Positions 53,500-63,824 are shown, counted from the stretch's first letter. The stretch: 64,000 bases of DNA from an uncultured Verrucomicrobiae bacterium (GCA_963782115.1 CAWAIK010000003.1:256001-320000); one strand, 5' to 3'. The notes: generated from the sequence alone by a model not told the origin. Numbers and translations: made by a program.

Positions 53500-54783
53500 T
53501 CAACGTTCGGCCTCGATCAGGCGGCCGGCATTTAGGAGAGTTGCTTCGCTCAGCCGGGGTCCGACAAACTGCAGGCTGGCGACGGGTACGGTCCTGTCAT
53601 GCACCGGAATCGGTATCGCAAGCGCGGGATTGCCTGCAAAATTCACCGCAACGGTGTTCTGCATGACCAAAACGCGCGCTTCTAAAAGGACTATTTTTCC
53701 GACGGACGGAATCGTTGGGGGCAAGTCCTGAAGCGTTGGTAGAGCGATGAAATCAACTTTTTTGAAGATTTGGCCGATGGTATGCTGCCACTCCGCTCGC
53801 CTGCGGAGGGCACTCCGGTACCGGCTGGGATACAAGACTCTTCCCAAGACGATCGCTGCAATCGTCCTGGGGCGCACTCCCCTTCTGATGTAAGGTCGAC
53901 CGCTGATCCACGCGCCAGCTGCCGCCACAGTATTTCCATCCCTCGTGGCCCGATCCCACTTCCTCCTGAAGCTCTGAGGCAGTTTGATGACTTGAAATTG
54001 TGCTCGGCCAAGAGCTTCATCCACCGCTTTGTCGATTTCGGGGTCGGTACCGCTCAGGTAAAGTCGTCCGATTTTAATCTTTTTGGCCGAAGGTTTGGCG
54101 GCCACGGCCATTCGATATCGTGTTTCAAACCCATTTTGCAAGAGGTCCATCCCTTGCACAACGTGTGCCACGTCTTTGCCCATCGGCCCGACGGTATCCA
54201 AATGCTTTGGCTCAATTGGGAATACACCCTTATTGGAAATGAGCCCAAACGTCGTCTTCAGGCCAACAACACCGCAACAAGCTGCGGGTACTCGGATGGA
54301 ACCCGCGGTATCCGTTCCAAAGGCAACGTCGGCGCTTCCGTTGGCAACCGCGACCGCTGAGCCGCTTGACGAACCTCCAGGGATGAGTCTGCGCTGCTTG
54401 TTGAAAGGGTTCTTCGGAGTTCCAAAGTAGCCGTTCAGGCCGGAAGGAGCCACGCCAAACTCACTGAGGTTTGTCTTTCCCACGATCTGCACATTTCGCT
54501 GACGCGCGATAGCGAGGCAGTCAGCATCAGTTAAAGCCGGTCGGTTGTTCTTAATCAGATATTCGGAGCCGGCGCTGGTGACGACACCTTTCATATCGAT
54601 GTTATCTTTCACTGCAAGCTTCATTTGCTGACTGTTGGGAGGGGCTGGCCAGTAATGAATGTAGGCGTGGTCGGGCGAGCCGTGCGGCCAATGGCTCTGA
54701 AAAACTGCGCAGCCGTTAAGATAGCTAGTCAACAAAAGTCCTGTCAGCATCCATGGTGCGACTAGGTATCGGCGTTTTTTCAT
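53500..54783 (-). CDS. Amidase-signature enzyme, predicted lipoprotein
   Basis: VKDNI, GGSSSGS, GTDTAGSIR; lipobox-like LNGC. Confidence 0.92.
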   Translation of the reverse strand: MKKRRYLVAPWMLTGLLLTSYLNGCAVFQSHWPHGSPDHAYIHYWPAPPNSQQMKLAVKDNIDMKGVVTSAGSEYLIKNNRPALTDADCLAIARQRNVQIVGKTNLSEFGVAPSGLNGYFGTPKNPFNKQRRLIPGGSSSGSAVAVANGSADVAFGTDTAGSIRVPAACCGVVGLKTTFGLISNKGVFPIEPKHLDTVGPMGKDVAHVVQGMDLLQNGFETRYRMAVAAKPSAKKIKIGRLYLSGTDPEIDKAVDEALGRAQFQVIKLPQSFRRKWDRATRDGNTVAAAGAWISGRPYIRRGVRPRTIAAIVLGRVLYPSRYRSALRRRAEWQHTIGQIFKKVDFIALPTLQDLPPTIPSVGKIVLLEARVLVMQNTVAVNFAGNPALAIPIPVHDRTVPVASLQFVGPRLSEATLLNAGRLIEAER

Positions 54784-54978
54784 TTATTTATACTCCTTTC
54801 GCAAGCCGGTAGGAACTAACGAAGTTGCCACCCACAGGTTCTGAATCACCTACCTACACCTAAAATAATTTGCAGCAGAACTATCAGGACGACGGTTCCT
54901 TTTTACGCCGATCAATTTCCGGCGCTTCGTTTTTCGTGTTGCAGTAGCACGTTATCTCACTAAGTCTACTCATCTGCC

Positions 54979-56094
54979 ATGATAGATCCGCGATTCGACG
55001 TTCTTGCAGAGGTATTAATTGGTTTCTCAACGAAGCTGCAAAAAAGCGAGACGGTCCTCATCGACGCCTTCGACGCACCTCCGGAAATGGTGATCGCTTT
55101 GATCCGCTGCACGCGCTCCAAAGGCGCATTCCCGTTCGTGAATCTCCAATCGAATGTGATCACCAGGGAATTGCTCAGAGGCGCTGAAGAGGACCAATAT
55201 CGGACACTTTGCGAAATCGAGCTGGCCCAGATGCGGGTGATGGACGCTTACGTCGCGCTTCGGGGGAGCCACAACATGACCGAATTTTCGGACGTCGCTC
55301 CAGAGCGGATGCAGCTCGCGATGAAATTGCTCAAACCGGTTCTTGAGCAGCGTATTAACAAAACGAAATGGGTCGTCTTACGGTGGCCGACTGCAGCGAT
55401 GGCGCAGATGGCGGGGATGAGCACAGAGGCATTTGAAGATTTCTATTTCGAGGTCTGTACGCTCGATTACTCCAAAATGAAGCCCGGCATGGAGGCCCTG
55501 AAATCCCTGATGGAAAAGACGGATCAAGTCCAGATCACTGGTCCCGGAACCAGTCTGCGTTTCAGCATCAAAGGTATTCCCGCGATCATGTGTGGTGGTC
55601 ATCACAACATTCCTGACGGCGAAGTCTTTTCCTGCCCGGTTCGAGATTCCGTCGAAGGTCACGTTCAGTTTAATGCTCCAACCGTTTACCAAGGAACCGC
55701 GTTTGATTCTGTTCGCCTCGCATTTAAAAACGGCAAAGTTGTCGATGCGACTTCAAATAATACGGAACGGCTGAACGCCATTCTCAATTCAGATGAAGGC
55801 GCCCGATATATCGGCGAATTCGCGCTTGGGTTCAATCCCTATATCTGGGAACCGATGCGCGACATTCTCTTCGACGAAAAGATTGCCGGTTCGTTTCATT
55901 TCACTCCAGGACAAGCTTATGAACAGGCCGACAACGGCAACCGCAGCCAGGTTCATTGGGATCTTGTCTGCATCCAACGGTCGGATTACGGCGGAGGCGA
56001 GATCTACTTTGACCAAAAGCTCATCCGGAAAGATGGCCTCTTCGTCCCGCATGAACTTCAAGCGCTCAATCCGGAAAGTTTCAAAACCTGTTAG
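54979..56094 (+). CDS. M29-family aminopeptidase
   Basis: [38 protein letters not shown]. Confidence 0.93.
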   Translation: MIDPRFDVLAEVLIGFSTKLQKSETVLIDAFDAPPEMVIALIRCTRSKGAFPFVNLQSNVITRELLRGAEEDQYRTLCEIELAQMRVMDAYVALRGSHNMTEFSDVAPERMQLAMKLLKPVLEQRINKTKWVVLRWPTAAMAQMAGMSTEAFEDFYFEVCTLDYSKMKPGMEALKSLMEKTDQVQITGPGTSLRFSIKGIPAIMCGGHHNIPDGEVFSCPVRDSVEGHVQFNAPTVYQGTAFDSVRLAFKNGKVVDATSNNTERLNAILNSDEGARYIGEFALGFNPYIWEPMRDILFDEKIAGSFHFTPGQAYEQADNGNRSQVHWDLVCIQRSDYGGGEIYFDQKLIRKDGLFVPHELQALNPESFKTC

Positions 56095-56191
56095 ACCGGA
56101 TTCTGTCTTTGTTTGCCGGTCGGAAAGCCTTTTTCTTGGATTCTGTGTCTTTTCATCTAAAAAATAACGGTATTGAAAACTGGCGGGTCAA

Positions 56192-58048
56192 TTGGTGCGG
56201 GGGGACGTCCAATTGAACTCTGAATTGCTTTTGGTGATCGGGCTGCTACTCGCCTCCGTTGGATTGTTCGTTGTCAATAAACCTCGGATGGACGTGGTCG
56301 CCCTTCTGGCAATTGTCGTTCTGCCGTTGTGCGGCCTCACTAGCGTGCCGGAAGCGATGGCCGGTTTCAGTGATCCGAACATCATATTGATTGCCGCTTT
56401 GTTCGTAATTGGAGAAGGGCTCGTTCGCACCGGTATCGCCTCCAAGTTGGGCGACTTGCTAGTTGCCAAGGCTGGCGGGAGCGAGAACCGACTCCTGATT
56501 CTCTTGATGCTGGCCGCCGCTGGTCTCGGCTCCGTTATGAGTTCCACAGGCGTGGTGGCTATTTTCATTCCAGTGGTGCTCGGAATTGCCGAACGCATGT
56601 CAGTGCCGCCGGGCCGCTTGATGATGCCTCTGAGTTTTGCCGGGTTGATCAGCGGCATGCTCACCATTGTAGCGACTGCTCCAAACCTGGTAGTGGATAG
56701 CGCCCTAAGACACGCCGGATTCGCCGGATTCAGCCTTTTCAGCCCTACGCCTTTCGGGCTGGCGATCCTAGTGGCCGGTATAGCCTATATGCTGTTTGCT
56801 CGCCGCTGGCTGAGTGTCAAGGCAGACCAACCACGTTTAGAGAACTTGCCACGCACTCTGCTCGACCTAATTCGGGAGTACGATTTGGCCGGGCGCGAGT
56901 ACCGCCTGCGTATTCGGCCAGATTCTCCACTTGTCGGACAGACCTTGCAGGAGTGGGATCCGCGCAATCGACATGGAGCGAATGTCGTGGCAGTCGAACG
57001 GAAGGCAGGTTTTCGCCGACAAGTGCTGGCCGCTCATGCCGATACCAAACTGGGAGCAGACGATGTGTTGCTGGTCGATGCTCCTACCTCCGGCAGTGGG
57101 GAGAAGTCGGAACTTTTTTCCAGGCTGGGACTGGAGCGGCTACCTCTCGAGGGAAGCTACTTCACTGATCAGTCCCAGCAAGTTGGCATGGCTGAGGTCA
57201 TCCTGCCGCCGAACTCAAGTCTGATCGGCAAGAGCATGGTGCAGTTGACCTTCCGCCGGAGATATCATCTTAACCTGATTGGGCTGCGTCGCGGCCAGCG
57301 GGCGTTCGTTGGGGAGCTTCTGGACGAGAAGCTTCGTTCGGGCGATACGCTGCTGGTGATAGGCCCTTGGAAGGAAATTCGTCAATTGCAGACGCAGCTA
57401 CACGATTTCGTGGTCCTAAGCTTACCGGCAGAAGTCAATCGAGTGGCACCGGCGTTGAGCCAAGCTCCCTATGCTGTGTTTTCCCTCATCGTCATGATCG
57501 TCCTGATGATCACAGGTATTGTTCCCAACGTGATTGCGGCGCTGATCAGCTGCCTGCTGATGGGACTATTTCGGTGCATCGACATGGACAGCGCCTACAA
57601 GGCCATTAACTGGCAGATCCTGCTCTTGATCGTGGGAATGATGCCCTTCGCCTTGGCTTTGCAAAAAACTGGCGGCATCGAATTAGCGGTAGAGGGCTTG
57701 CTCCGCCTCTTCGGCAATTCCGAGTCACGCTTGCTTCTGGCCGCCCTGTTCGGGCTCACCGCATTGATCGGTCTTTTCATCTCGAACACGGTGACGGCCG
57801 TGCTGATGGGACCGATTGCTCTAAGTCTCGCGCATCATCTAAAAGCTTCCCCTTACCCGTTTGCCATGATCGTGGCCCTCGCCGCGTCTGCAGCATTTAT
57901 GACACCGATCTCGTCGCCTGTGAACACGCTGGTGCTCGGACCCGGCCAATATCGATTTGGCGACTTTGTAAAAATAGGCGTCCCTTTTGCCCTGCTAGTG
58001 ATGCTAATCAGCGTTCTGATGGTGCCGTGGTTATTACCGTTGTATTAA
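56192..58048 (+). CDS. SLC13/DASS permease with two TrkA-C domains (YfbS-like)
   Basis: GLVRTG, LMMPLSFAG, central soluble domains, FMTPISSPVN, YRFGDFVKIGVP. Confidence 0.92.
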   Translation: MVRGDVQLNSELLLVIGLLLASVGLFVVNKPRMDVVALLAIVVLPLCGLTSVPEAMAGFSDPNIILIAALFVIGEGLVRTGIASKLGDLLVAKAGGSENRLLILLMLAAAGLGSVMSSTGVVAIFIPVVLGIAERMSVPPGRLMMPLSFAGLISGMLTIVATAPNLVVDSALRHAGFAGFSLFSPTPFGLAILVAGIAYMLFARRWLSVKADQPRLENLPRTLLDLIREYDLAGREYRLRIRPDSPLVGQTLQEWDPRNRHGANVVAVERKAGFRRQVLAAHADTKLGADDVLLVDAPTSGSGEKSELFSRLGLERLPLEGSYFTDQSQQVGMAEVILPPNSSLIGKSMVQLTFRRRYHLNLIGLRRGQRAFVGELLDEKLRSGDTLLVIGPWKEIRQLQTQLHDFVVLSLPAEVNRVAPALSQAPYAVFSLIVMIVLMITGIVPNVIAALISCLLMGLFRCIDMDSAYKAINWQILLLIVGMMPFALALQKTGGIELAVEGLLRLFGNSESRLLLAALFGLTALIGLFISNTVTAVLMGPIALSLAHHLKASPYPFAMIVALAASAAFMTPISSPVNTLVLGPGQYRFGDFVKIGVPFALLVMLISVLMVPWLLPLY

Positions 58049-58150
58049 AAGCCAGCTCGTTTAGCTGCTTCACCCTTCCTTTGTAACAACGGCCGAGCCG
58101 TTAATTGCTTTTCAATAGTTTGCACGTTCTAGTTAGCTATTTTAGATGCG

Positions 58151-59956
58151 TCATGCAAAATCAGATACCAGTTCGCGCAACTGCCGGATCCGTGTTTGAA
58201 ACAAATCCATTGTTTTTTCGATCGGCACCGGTGATAGCATGTCGACTCCCGCAGCTCTGAGAGTTTCCATCGGGAATTGACGGCCACCCGACTTCAAAAA
58301 TCCAAGGTAGGCTTCCAACTCCTCCGAACCGCCGTTTAGGACGCGATCGGCCAGGGATATCGCCGCGGAAATGCCTGTCGCGTACTTGTAGACATAAAAG
58401 GCGAAGTAGAAATGCCGAATTCGCAGGCATTCAATGTCGAGTTGGTCGTCCACCACGAAGCGCGGACCGAAGTAGGCGTCTAAAAGGCTGCGATAAACTT
58501 TTTTGAATACTTCCAATGTGAGCGGCCCGCCGTTTTCCTCGATTTCATGCACCTCTTGCTCGAATTCCGCAAACATCGTCTGACGGAAAAGAGTCTGTCG
58601 GATATCTTCGATCTGGCGATCGATAAGGTAGGCGCGCATTTGCACGTCCTCCGCTTGTTCCAGGAGATAATGCGTGAGGAGGTCTTCATTGAAAGTCGCA
58701 GCGACCTCCGCAAGAAAGATGGGATATCCGTAATCTTGGAAGCTTTGATGCTTCTGAGCGAACCAGGTATGCATTGAGTGGCCGGCCTCATGGGCCAGCG
58801 TAAAAACGTCGGAAAAGACGTCTGCCTTGTAGTTCATTAGTACGTAAGGAGGATTGCCATAACTGGACGAAGCAAAGGCGCCACTCCTTTTCCCTTTCGT
58901 TTCATAGCGGTCCACCCAGCGAGATCTCAATCCATTGCCCAGGGTGAGAAGATATTCCGCACCCAGGGGTTTCAATGCTTTCAAGATGAGTTCGATTGCT
59001 TCGTCGAACGTGACTTTTGTCCGAACAACAGGAACCATGGGCACAAAAGTGTCATACTGGTGAATCTCATCCAACTTCAGGATTTCCCTGCGAAGTTCGT
59101 AGTACTCGTGAAGAACTGGAAGGTTTTTCCGAACAGTCGTAATGAGGTTGTCATAGACAGCCAAGGGGATGTTGTCGTTGAAAAGAGATGCTTCACGAGC
59201 GGACGGATAATTCCGGACTTTTGCCGAGAACACATCCGCTCGAACGGAGGAGGAGAGCGCCGAGGCAAGGCTGTATTTATGATCATCGAACTCCGCGTAA
59301 AACTGGTGAAAAGCTTTGCGGCGCAAATCTCGCTCCGGATTGTTGAGGAAGGAGAAGTAGCTGCTTTGGGAGAGCTCGAGTTCCCGACCCTCGACATTCA
59401 GCGAACCAAATTTCATGTCAACATTTGTCAGCTGAGAAAAGATATCGGAGTGACCACGGATAACCGGATCACCAAGGGTCAGGAGCCGCTCTTCCCGCTC
59501 GGAAAGCGTGTGCGGCTTGTACCGACGCAGTTTGCTGAGTAGAATCTTCCAGGGTGCCAGGATCGGATCGTCCAGAAAACGTTGGAATATCTCGTTGGGT
59601 ATTTGCTGGATTTCCGGATTGATGAAGGAGGAAACCTCCCTAACCTTGGTGAGAAGGTTTGTCAGTTCGGCTTGCCTCGAGAGACTATCGTTATTAGAAC
59701 TGTCTTCGGCGTTTTTGAGGGAAGCGTAATGCCCTAGTCGCTCGGCGATCTGGTTAAGCTGCTTTTCGAACTCCAGGCAAGCAAATAGGGTCTTCGCAGC
59801 TTCACCAAGGCGGCTTCTGTACTCGGCGATCTTGGGATACAGACCTCTTAGCTGAGCAAAGGTCTCGCGGTATGCCTCTTCCGTCTGAAACAGGTGTGAG
59901 AGATCCCAAGTGTCGGACTCGGGAATCTCGGAACGAGCGGGGATCTTGGAGGTCAT
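58151..59956 (-). CDS. pepF: Oligoendopeptidase F (M3B)
   Basis: TWDLS, GKRSGAF, TLAHEAGHSMH, RQTMFAEFE, FYVYKYATG. Confidence 0.95.
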   Translation of the reverse strand: MTSKIPARSEIPESDTWDLSHLFQTEEAYRETFAQLRGLYPKIAEYRSRLGEAAKTLFACLEFEKQLNQIAERLGHYASLKNAEDSSNNDSLSRQAELTNLLTKVREVSSFINPEIQQIPNEIFQRFLDDPILAPWKILLSKLRRYKPHTLSEREERLLTLGDPVIRGHSDIFSQLTNVDMKFGSLNVEGRELELSQSSYFSFLNNPERDLRRKAFHQFYAEFDDHKYSLASALSSSVRADVFSAKVRNYPSAREASLFNDNIPLAVYDNLITTVRKNLPVLHEYYELRREILKLDEIHQYDTFVPMVPVVRTKVTFDEAIELILKALKPLGAEYLLTLGNGLRSRWVDRYETKGKRSGAFASSSYGNPPYVLMNYKADVFSDVFTLAHEAGHSMHTWFAQKHQSFQDYGYPIFLAEVAATFNEDLLTHYLLEQAEDVQMRAYLIDRQIEDIRQTLFRQTMFAEFEQEVHEIEENGGPLTLEVFKKVYRSLLDAYFGPRFVVDDQLDIECLRIRHFYFAFYVYKYATGISAAISLADRVLNGGSEELEAYLGFLKSGGRQFPMETLRAAGVDMLSPVPIEKTMDLFQTRIRQLRELVSDFA

Positions 59957-60004
59957 AAAATAATGTCATGCTGGCGGCTGCGTTTAAGGGCTTGATGGGC
60001 TGGT

Positions 60005-60856
60005 TCACATAGCCACCACCTGCACGGAAACTTCCAGACGATCAAAAGCGCCCGGTTCCCCTGCCCAACTGCCTGAGAGCGGGGATGCTTTTTCATGCTC
60101 GCGGGCCACTGCAACGGTCACATGCTCGGAGCCGACGGGTTTGTTGTTGGTGGGATCAAAGCCGAGCCAACCCCTGCCCGGGACATAGATTTCGGTCCAG
60201 GCGTGGGTGGCGCCGTGCTGGCCTTGACCCATTTGGATATAGCCAGTGACAAATCGTGCCCCAAAACCCCAATGGCGCGCGGCTTCCATCATGAACACCG
60301 CATAGTCTCGGCAGGATCCGGTACCCAAAGAAAGCGTCCGGCAAGGAAGCTGGACCCCGGCTTCCTCGCGGCGAACGTATTTGAATGATTCGTAGATATG
60401 CGTATTCAGCTTGTCCAGGAGTTCCGGAGTCTTAATGAGCTGGCCAGGCCTGTAAAGGTCCAGGAGCCACTTTTGCACGGCCGGGCCGTCATGCGGATAA
60501 CTGGGGAGACGGTATTGGATGATCTCCACCTGCTCGTCTGCTCCGTATTGGAATGGATAGGAATTGGCGCTGGGGTCCATGGAGCATTGGATGGGTTCAT
60601 CATCGTAAAGGTCCACATCAATCTCACTCACAAGACGTAGTCTTGGTCCGGGTTCGGTGAAAGTGAGAATGGCGATGGAATTCCCATCGATGTCGCGCAA
60701 CCAGCGAATGTTGGCTTTGGGCTCGATCTCAAGACGCGAACTCGCGATATGGAGATCGTGCCCCTCGCGAGGCCGCAACAGGGCGCGGTGGGGGCCAAAT
60801 GTGACGGGCGTGCGGTAATGATACACCGTTTTGTGCGTAATTTTGATCCGTTTCAT
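60005..60856 (-). CDS. Transglutaminase-like protein
   Basis: GSCRDYA, ARFVTGY, THAWTEIY..G.GW.GFDPTN (Cys-His-Asp triad). Confidence 0.93.
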   Translation of the reverse strand: MKRIKITHKTVYHYRTPVTFGPHRALLRPREGHDLHIASSRLEIEPKANIRWLRDIDGNSIAILTFTEPGPRLRLVSEIDVDLYDDEPIQCSMDPSANSYPFQYGADEQVEIIQYRLPSYPHDGPAVQKWLLDLYRPGQLIKTPELLDKLNTHIYESFKYVRREEAGVQLPCRTLSLGTGSCRDYAVFMMEAARHWGFGARFVTGYIQMGQGQHGATHAWTEIYVPGRGWLGFDPTNNKPVGSEHVTVAVAREHEKASPLSGSWAGEPGAFDRLEVSVQVVAM

Positions 60857-61391
60857 AGATAGGGAGGGGGAATCATCAAGCTGGCGCGGAAGCGAAGAGA
60901 CCTAGCTTCAATAAATCACAAATTCTGAATATAACTTTTTAATAACATCTATTGCTCATGCGAAGGTGATTACATCGCGCGCTACGAAAAACAGATCGCC
61001 GAACTCTTCCATGCTCATCCGCATAGTTTCCTGTTTCGGGATTTACTGGCCTTTGGCACTGATCGGGGGCTTAGATGTGGCTCCAGGCGTGGCCGTCTAT
61101 ATCGAAAGGATTGTCTTTGTGAACTTTGCGATCTGTGCAAATGATTTTTCTTCGTTCCCCCGGCAATAAGACAGAAAAAAAGCAATAGTCATTTTTGAAC
61201 AGAAGATCGCAAAGATCACAAAGAGTCACTGTCTTTAAGAGCCATCGGAGGCACGTGGGCCTGCATTGTCTAAATCTCGATCAGCAACGAATGAAACGCT
61301 CATTAATCCCCACTCGTCCTCTTGTTCTGAAATCGTAATCGTCGTCGTTCTCGACTTCTATGGACGGGGGAAACGCGCCGATTGCCGATAA

Positions 61392-61544
61392 CGTTCAACG
61401 TTCAGCGTTCAGCGTTCAGCGTTCAACGTTCGAGGACGAAGGACGACGACGATTGGGAAGCAAGCTTCGATACATAATCCCCACCTCGATTCCCTCCCCT
61501 CTCTTCCAATCGTTCTCGTCCTTCGTCGTCGTCCTTCGTCCTCG
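61392..61544. repeat. Heptamer microsatellite fused to a 22-bp inverted repeat
   Basis: Six CGTTC(AA/AG/GA) units at 61392-61433; perfect IR 61431-61452 / 61523-61544. Confidence 0.9.
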
Positions 61545-61729
61545 ATTTTTTCGGCACGAGCGGCACGAGTTTGCTTCCTCCAGTCCGGTGTCTTTTCTCC
61601 GTCCGGCTCGGACCGCCTTGAAAAACAGCCAACTGACCCGGCGACTGTCGGATAAAATACCTGCTATTTCGGGGACAGGACACTAGAACTAGGTGCCACT
61701 CTCTTCTCCGTCGCAACACCACACAGTCT

Positions 61730-62066
61730 CTAGGTTGTCGCGGCGCTCAAGGCAGCCTGAAGCTTGGCCTCATCCTCATTCGAGAGCGAGGTTTTCAACC
61801 GCGCCGGCAGTCGCACCCATCGCCAGACCCAGTAAAGGATTCAGGAAGATCAGGCCGATGAGCGCTCCCCAGAAGCCACCGCTCACTGCACCCTTCGCGG
61901 TTAGATTAGCGGCCTGATCCAACTTAATCCTGCCCTTCTCGTCCTTGAAGGCTACCACCGCACCTTCAATATCCAGTAAGTATTCCCGGTGCAGCTTCTG
62001 CAGCTGAATACGAACCTCTTCCGCCTTAAAGGGTTCATCGTAACCAACTACAACTAACGGGCTCAT
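61730..62066 (-). pseudogene. DUF1269-family membrane protein with internal deletion
   Basis: GAVSGGFWGALIGLIFLNPLLG, then the out-of-frame tail KTSLSNEDEAKLQAALSAATT*. Confidence 0.8.
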
Positions 62067-62213
62067 TTGCTTTCTATGCTTTCCGTTTGATGTGTATTTA
62101 AGTCAAACTATATCGTTCAAGATCTCAGCCCGCCGGTAGGTTGCGACTCCGTCCGAGCCCCATCCCAATGTAAACTGATGACGATTTAGACCAGCAATCC
62201 CCTCACGTCCTGT

Positions 62214-63824
62214 TCAGGACGATTTGCTGAAACCGATATCATCCAAGATCACCGCATTCGGTCCGATCGGGACTCGTCCCGGGTTAGGTAAATTGAGTTT
62301 CCGGAAAACGATCTTTTCGCGCGAAATCTTACGAAGGAAATCCTCGAATACCTGAATCGTCAACTGTTCACCGGGACAGCGGCGGTAGCTAAAACCAAAC
62401 GGCGCAAAGCCAGCATAGTCGCAGACCGGCTTCGGCTTGCCGTCCACCACACCAAACACCGTGCCGAAAGCACTATTGGTTACCTCGACCTTTCGGCCGT
62501 CTTTGACTTCAAGCGTAGTGATATCGAATGGGCAACGGGCGAGGCCTATCTGCTTGCATTTCTCTTCGTCAACCTCAGCACTGGTTGGCACATTGCGATA
62601 GCGCTCAGGATCGAATTGCTCTGGATTCTTCCAATGCATTGGACTGAAACTGGTGCTGGTGTGCGGCGTGCCGATATAGCTACTGCGTTCGTAGGGCAGG
62701 CCAAATCTTAAGTACGGCGACTGGCTATCGCCGTAATTATCGCTGGCTGCCGATTGCCTGGTATCGCGTAGTGTAGAGATGCTGGCGCCATTCGGCGAAA
62801 TCGTGCGAAACAACTCCATAACGAACAACTCGAGCGGGGTGTACGCGCCGCCGTTCGCATTGTCATAATCGTCGTTCATGATCTTCTCGAAAAATGCGCG
62901 CACGTCAGGGTCGCCGCCATTCTGGCTCAGACGCGACATGATGCCGAAGAGCGTGTTGCCCCACTGGCTGAACGCCACAAAATTGTGGAAACACTCGAAA
63001 ACGATATCCCTCTTGCTGAAATGCTCGCCGTCACCGGCGTTTTTCAGCCAGTACCATGCCATGGTCTTTTCGGGATTCGGGGTGCGTCCGGCCGCGATGT
63101 CCTCAACACGTTCATCGATCCACTGCTTGAGGAAGTCGAGGAGGTTGCGCACCGTCATGTAGTTCTCATAGACTATGGGGTGCAGCGGGTCACGATAGGC
63201 TAGGACAGTGTTAAAGGCCTCTCCAATCTGCCGTACTTGCTTTGGGATAGCGTCACCCTGCACGCCAAGATGCAGATCCCAGTAGATATCGAAATAATAA
63301 TCTAGATAGTGGCGCATGAAGGGTTTATCAGCAAATTGCGGGGCCATCAGCCGATCGAAGAAAGCAACTACCTTATCGCCATACATCGGACGGTACAGAT
63401 CTGGAGTAACTGCCGAGAAATAAATTCGTTTGCGCAAATTATTGTCACCACGGTTCTCCAGTCCCTGCAAAAAGACTGTGACACCTTCCTCAGGAGTCGG
63501 TTTCCACTGCTTGTAGATCAACCCCCAAAGATCGTGCGGAAGGGCGTTCTCCTTAGAGAAATTAAGATCAATCATCGGGAGAACCGGTCTTTCACCTTCG
63601 TAGAAGCTGGTCAGGAAAAAAGGAACAACAGCGTTCTCAACATAAGCGGAGTCAAAATTGGCGGGAATCGTCTCGCGAAAACGTGCCAGTGCCGCGACAA
63701 TCCTGTCCGGCGGAGGTTCCCCTCCACCGGCCGTTTGATCCGCGGCTGCCGCGTCGCTCGCCGTTGATATTCCTGCGGCCAATCCAAATACCGCCGCACC
63801 TTTTAAAAACGCACGTCGCTCCAT
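62214..63824 (-). CDS. Cytochrome P450-fold protein with a twin-arginine (Tat) signal peptide
   Basis: MERRAFLK + hydrophobic h-region + AAA; ExxR (ELFR), WKNPEQFDPERY, heme motif FGFSYRRCPG. Confidence 0.85.
   Translation of the reverse strand: MERRAFLKGAAVFGLAAGISTASDAAAADQTAGGGEPPPDRIVAALARFRETIPANFDSAYVENAVVPFFLTSFYEGERPVLPMIDLNFSKENALPHDLWGLIYKQWKPTPEEGVTVFLQGLENRGDNNLRKRIYFSAVTPDLYRPMYGDKVVAFFDRLMAPQFADKPFMRHYLDYYFDIYWDLHLGVQGDAIPKQVRQIGEAFNTVLAYRDPLHPIVYENYMTVRNLLDFLKQWIDERVEDIAAGRTPNPEKTMAWYWLKNAGDGEHFSKRDIVFECFHNFVAFSQWGNTLFGIMSRLSQNGGDPDVRAFFEKIMNDDYDNANGGAYTPLELFVMELFRTISPNGASISTLRDTRQSAASDNYGDSQSPYLRFGLPYERSSYIGTPHTSTSFSPMHWKNPEQFDPERYRNVPTSAEVDEEKCKQIGLARCPFDITTLEVKDGRKVEVTNSAFGTVFGVVDGKPKPVCDYAGFAPFGFSYRRCPGEQLTIQVFEDFLRKISREKIVFRKLNLPNPGRVPIGPNAVILDDIGFSKSS

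Noticed and set aside
19926..63824. Tyr-rich protein as a substrate of the exported P450
   Set aside because: The genes are 42 kb apart with no linkage evidence; purely speculative.
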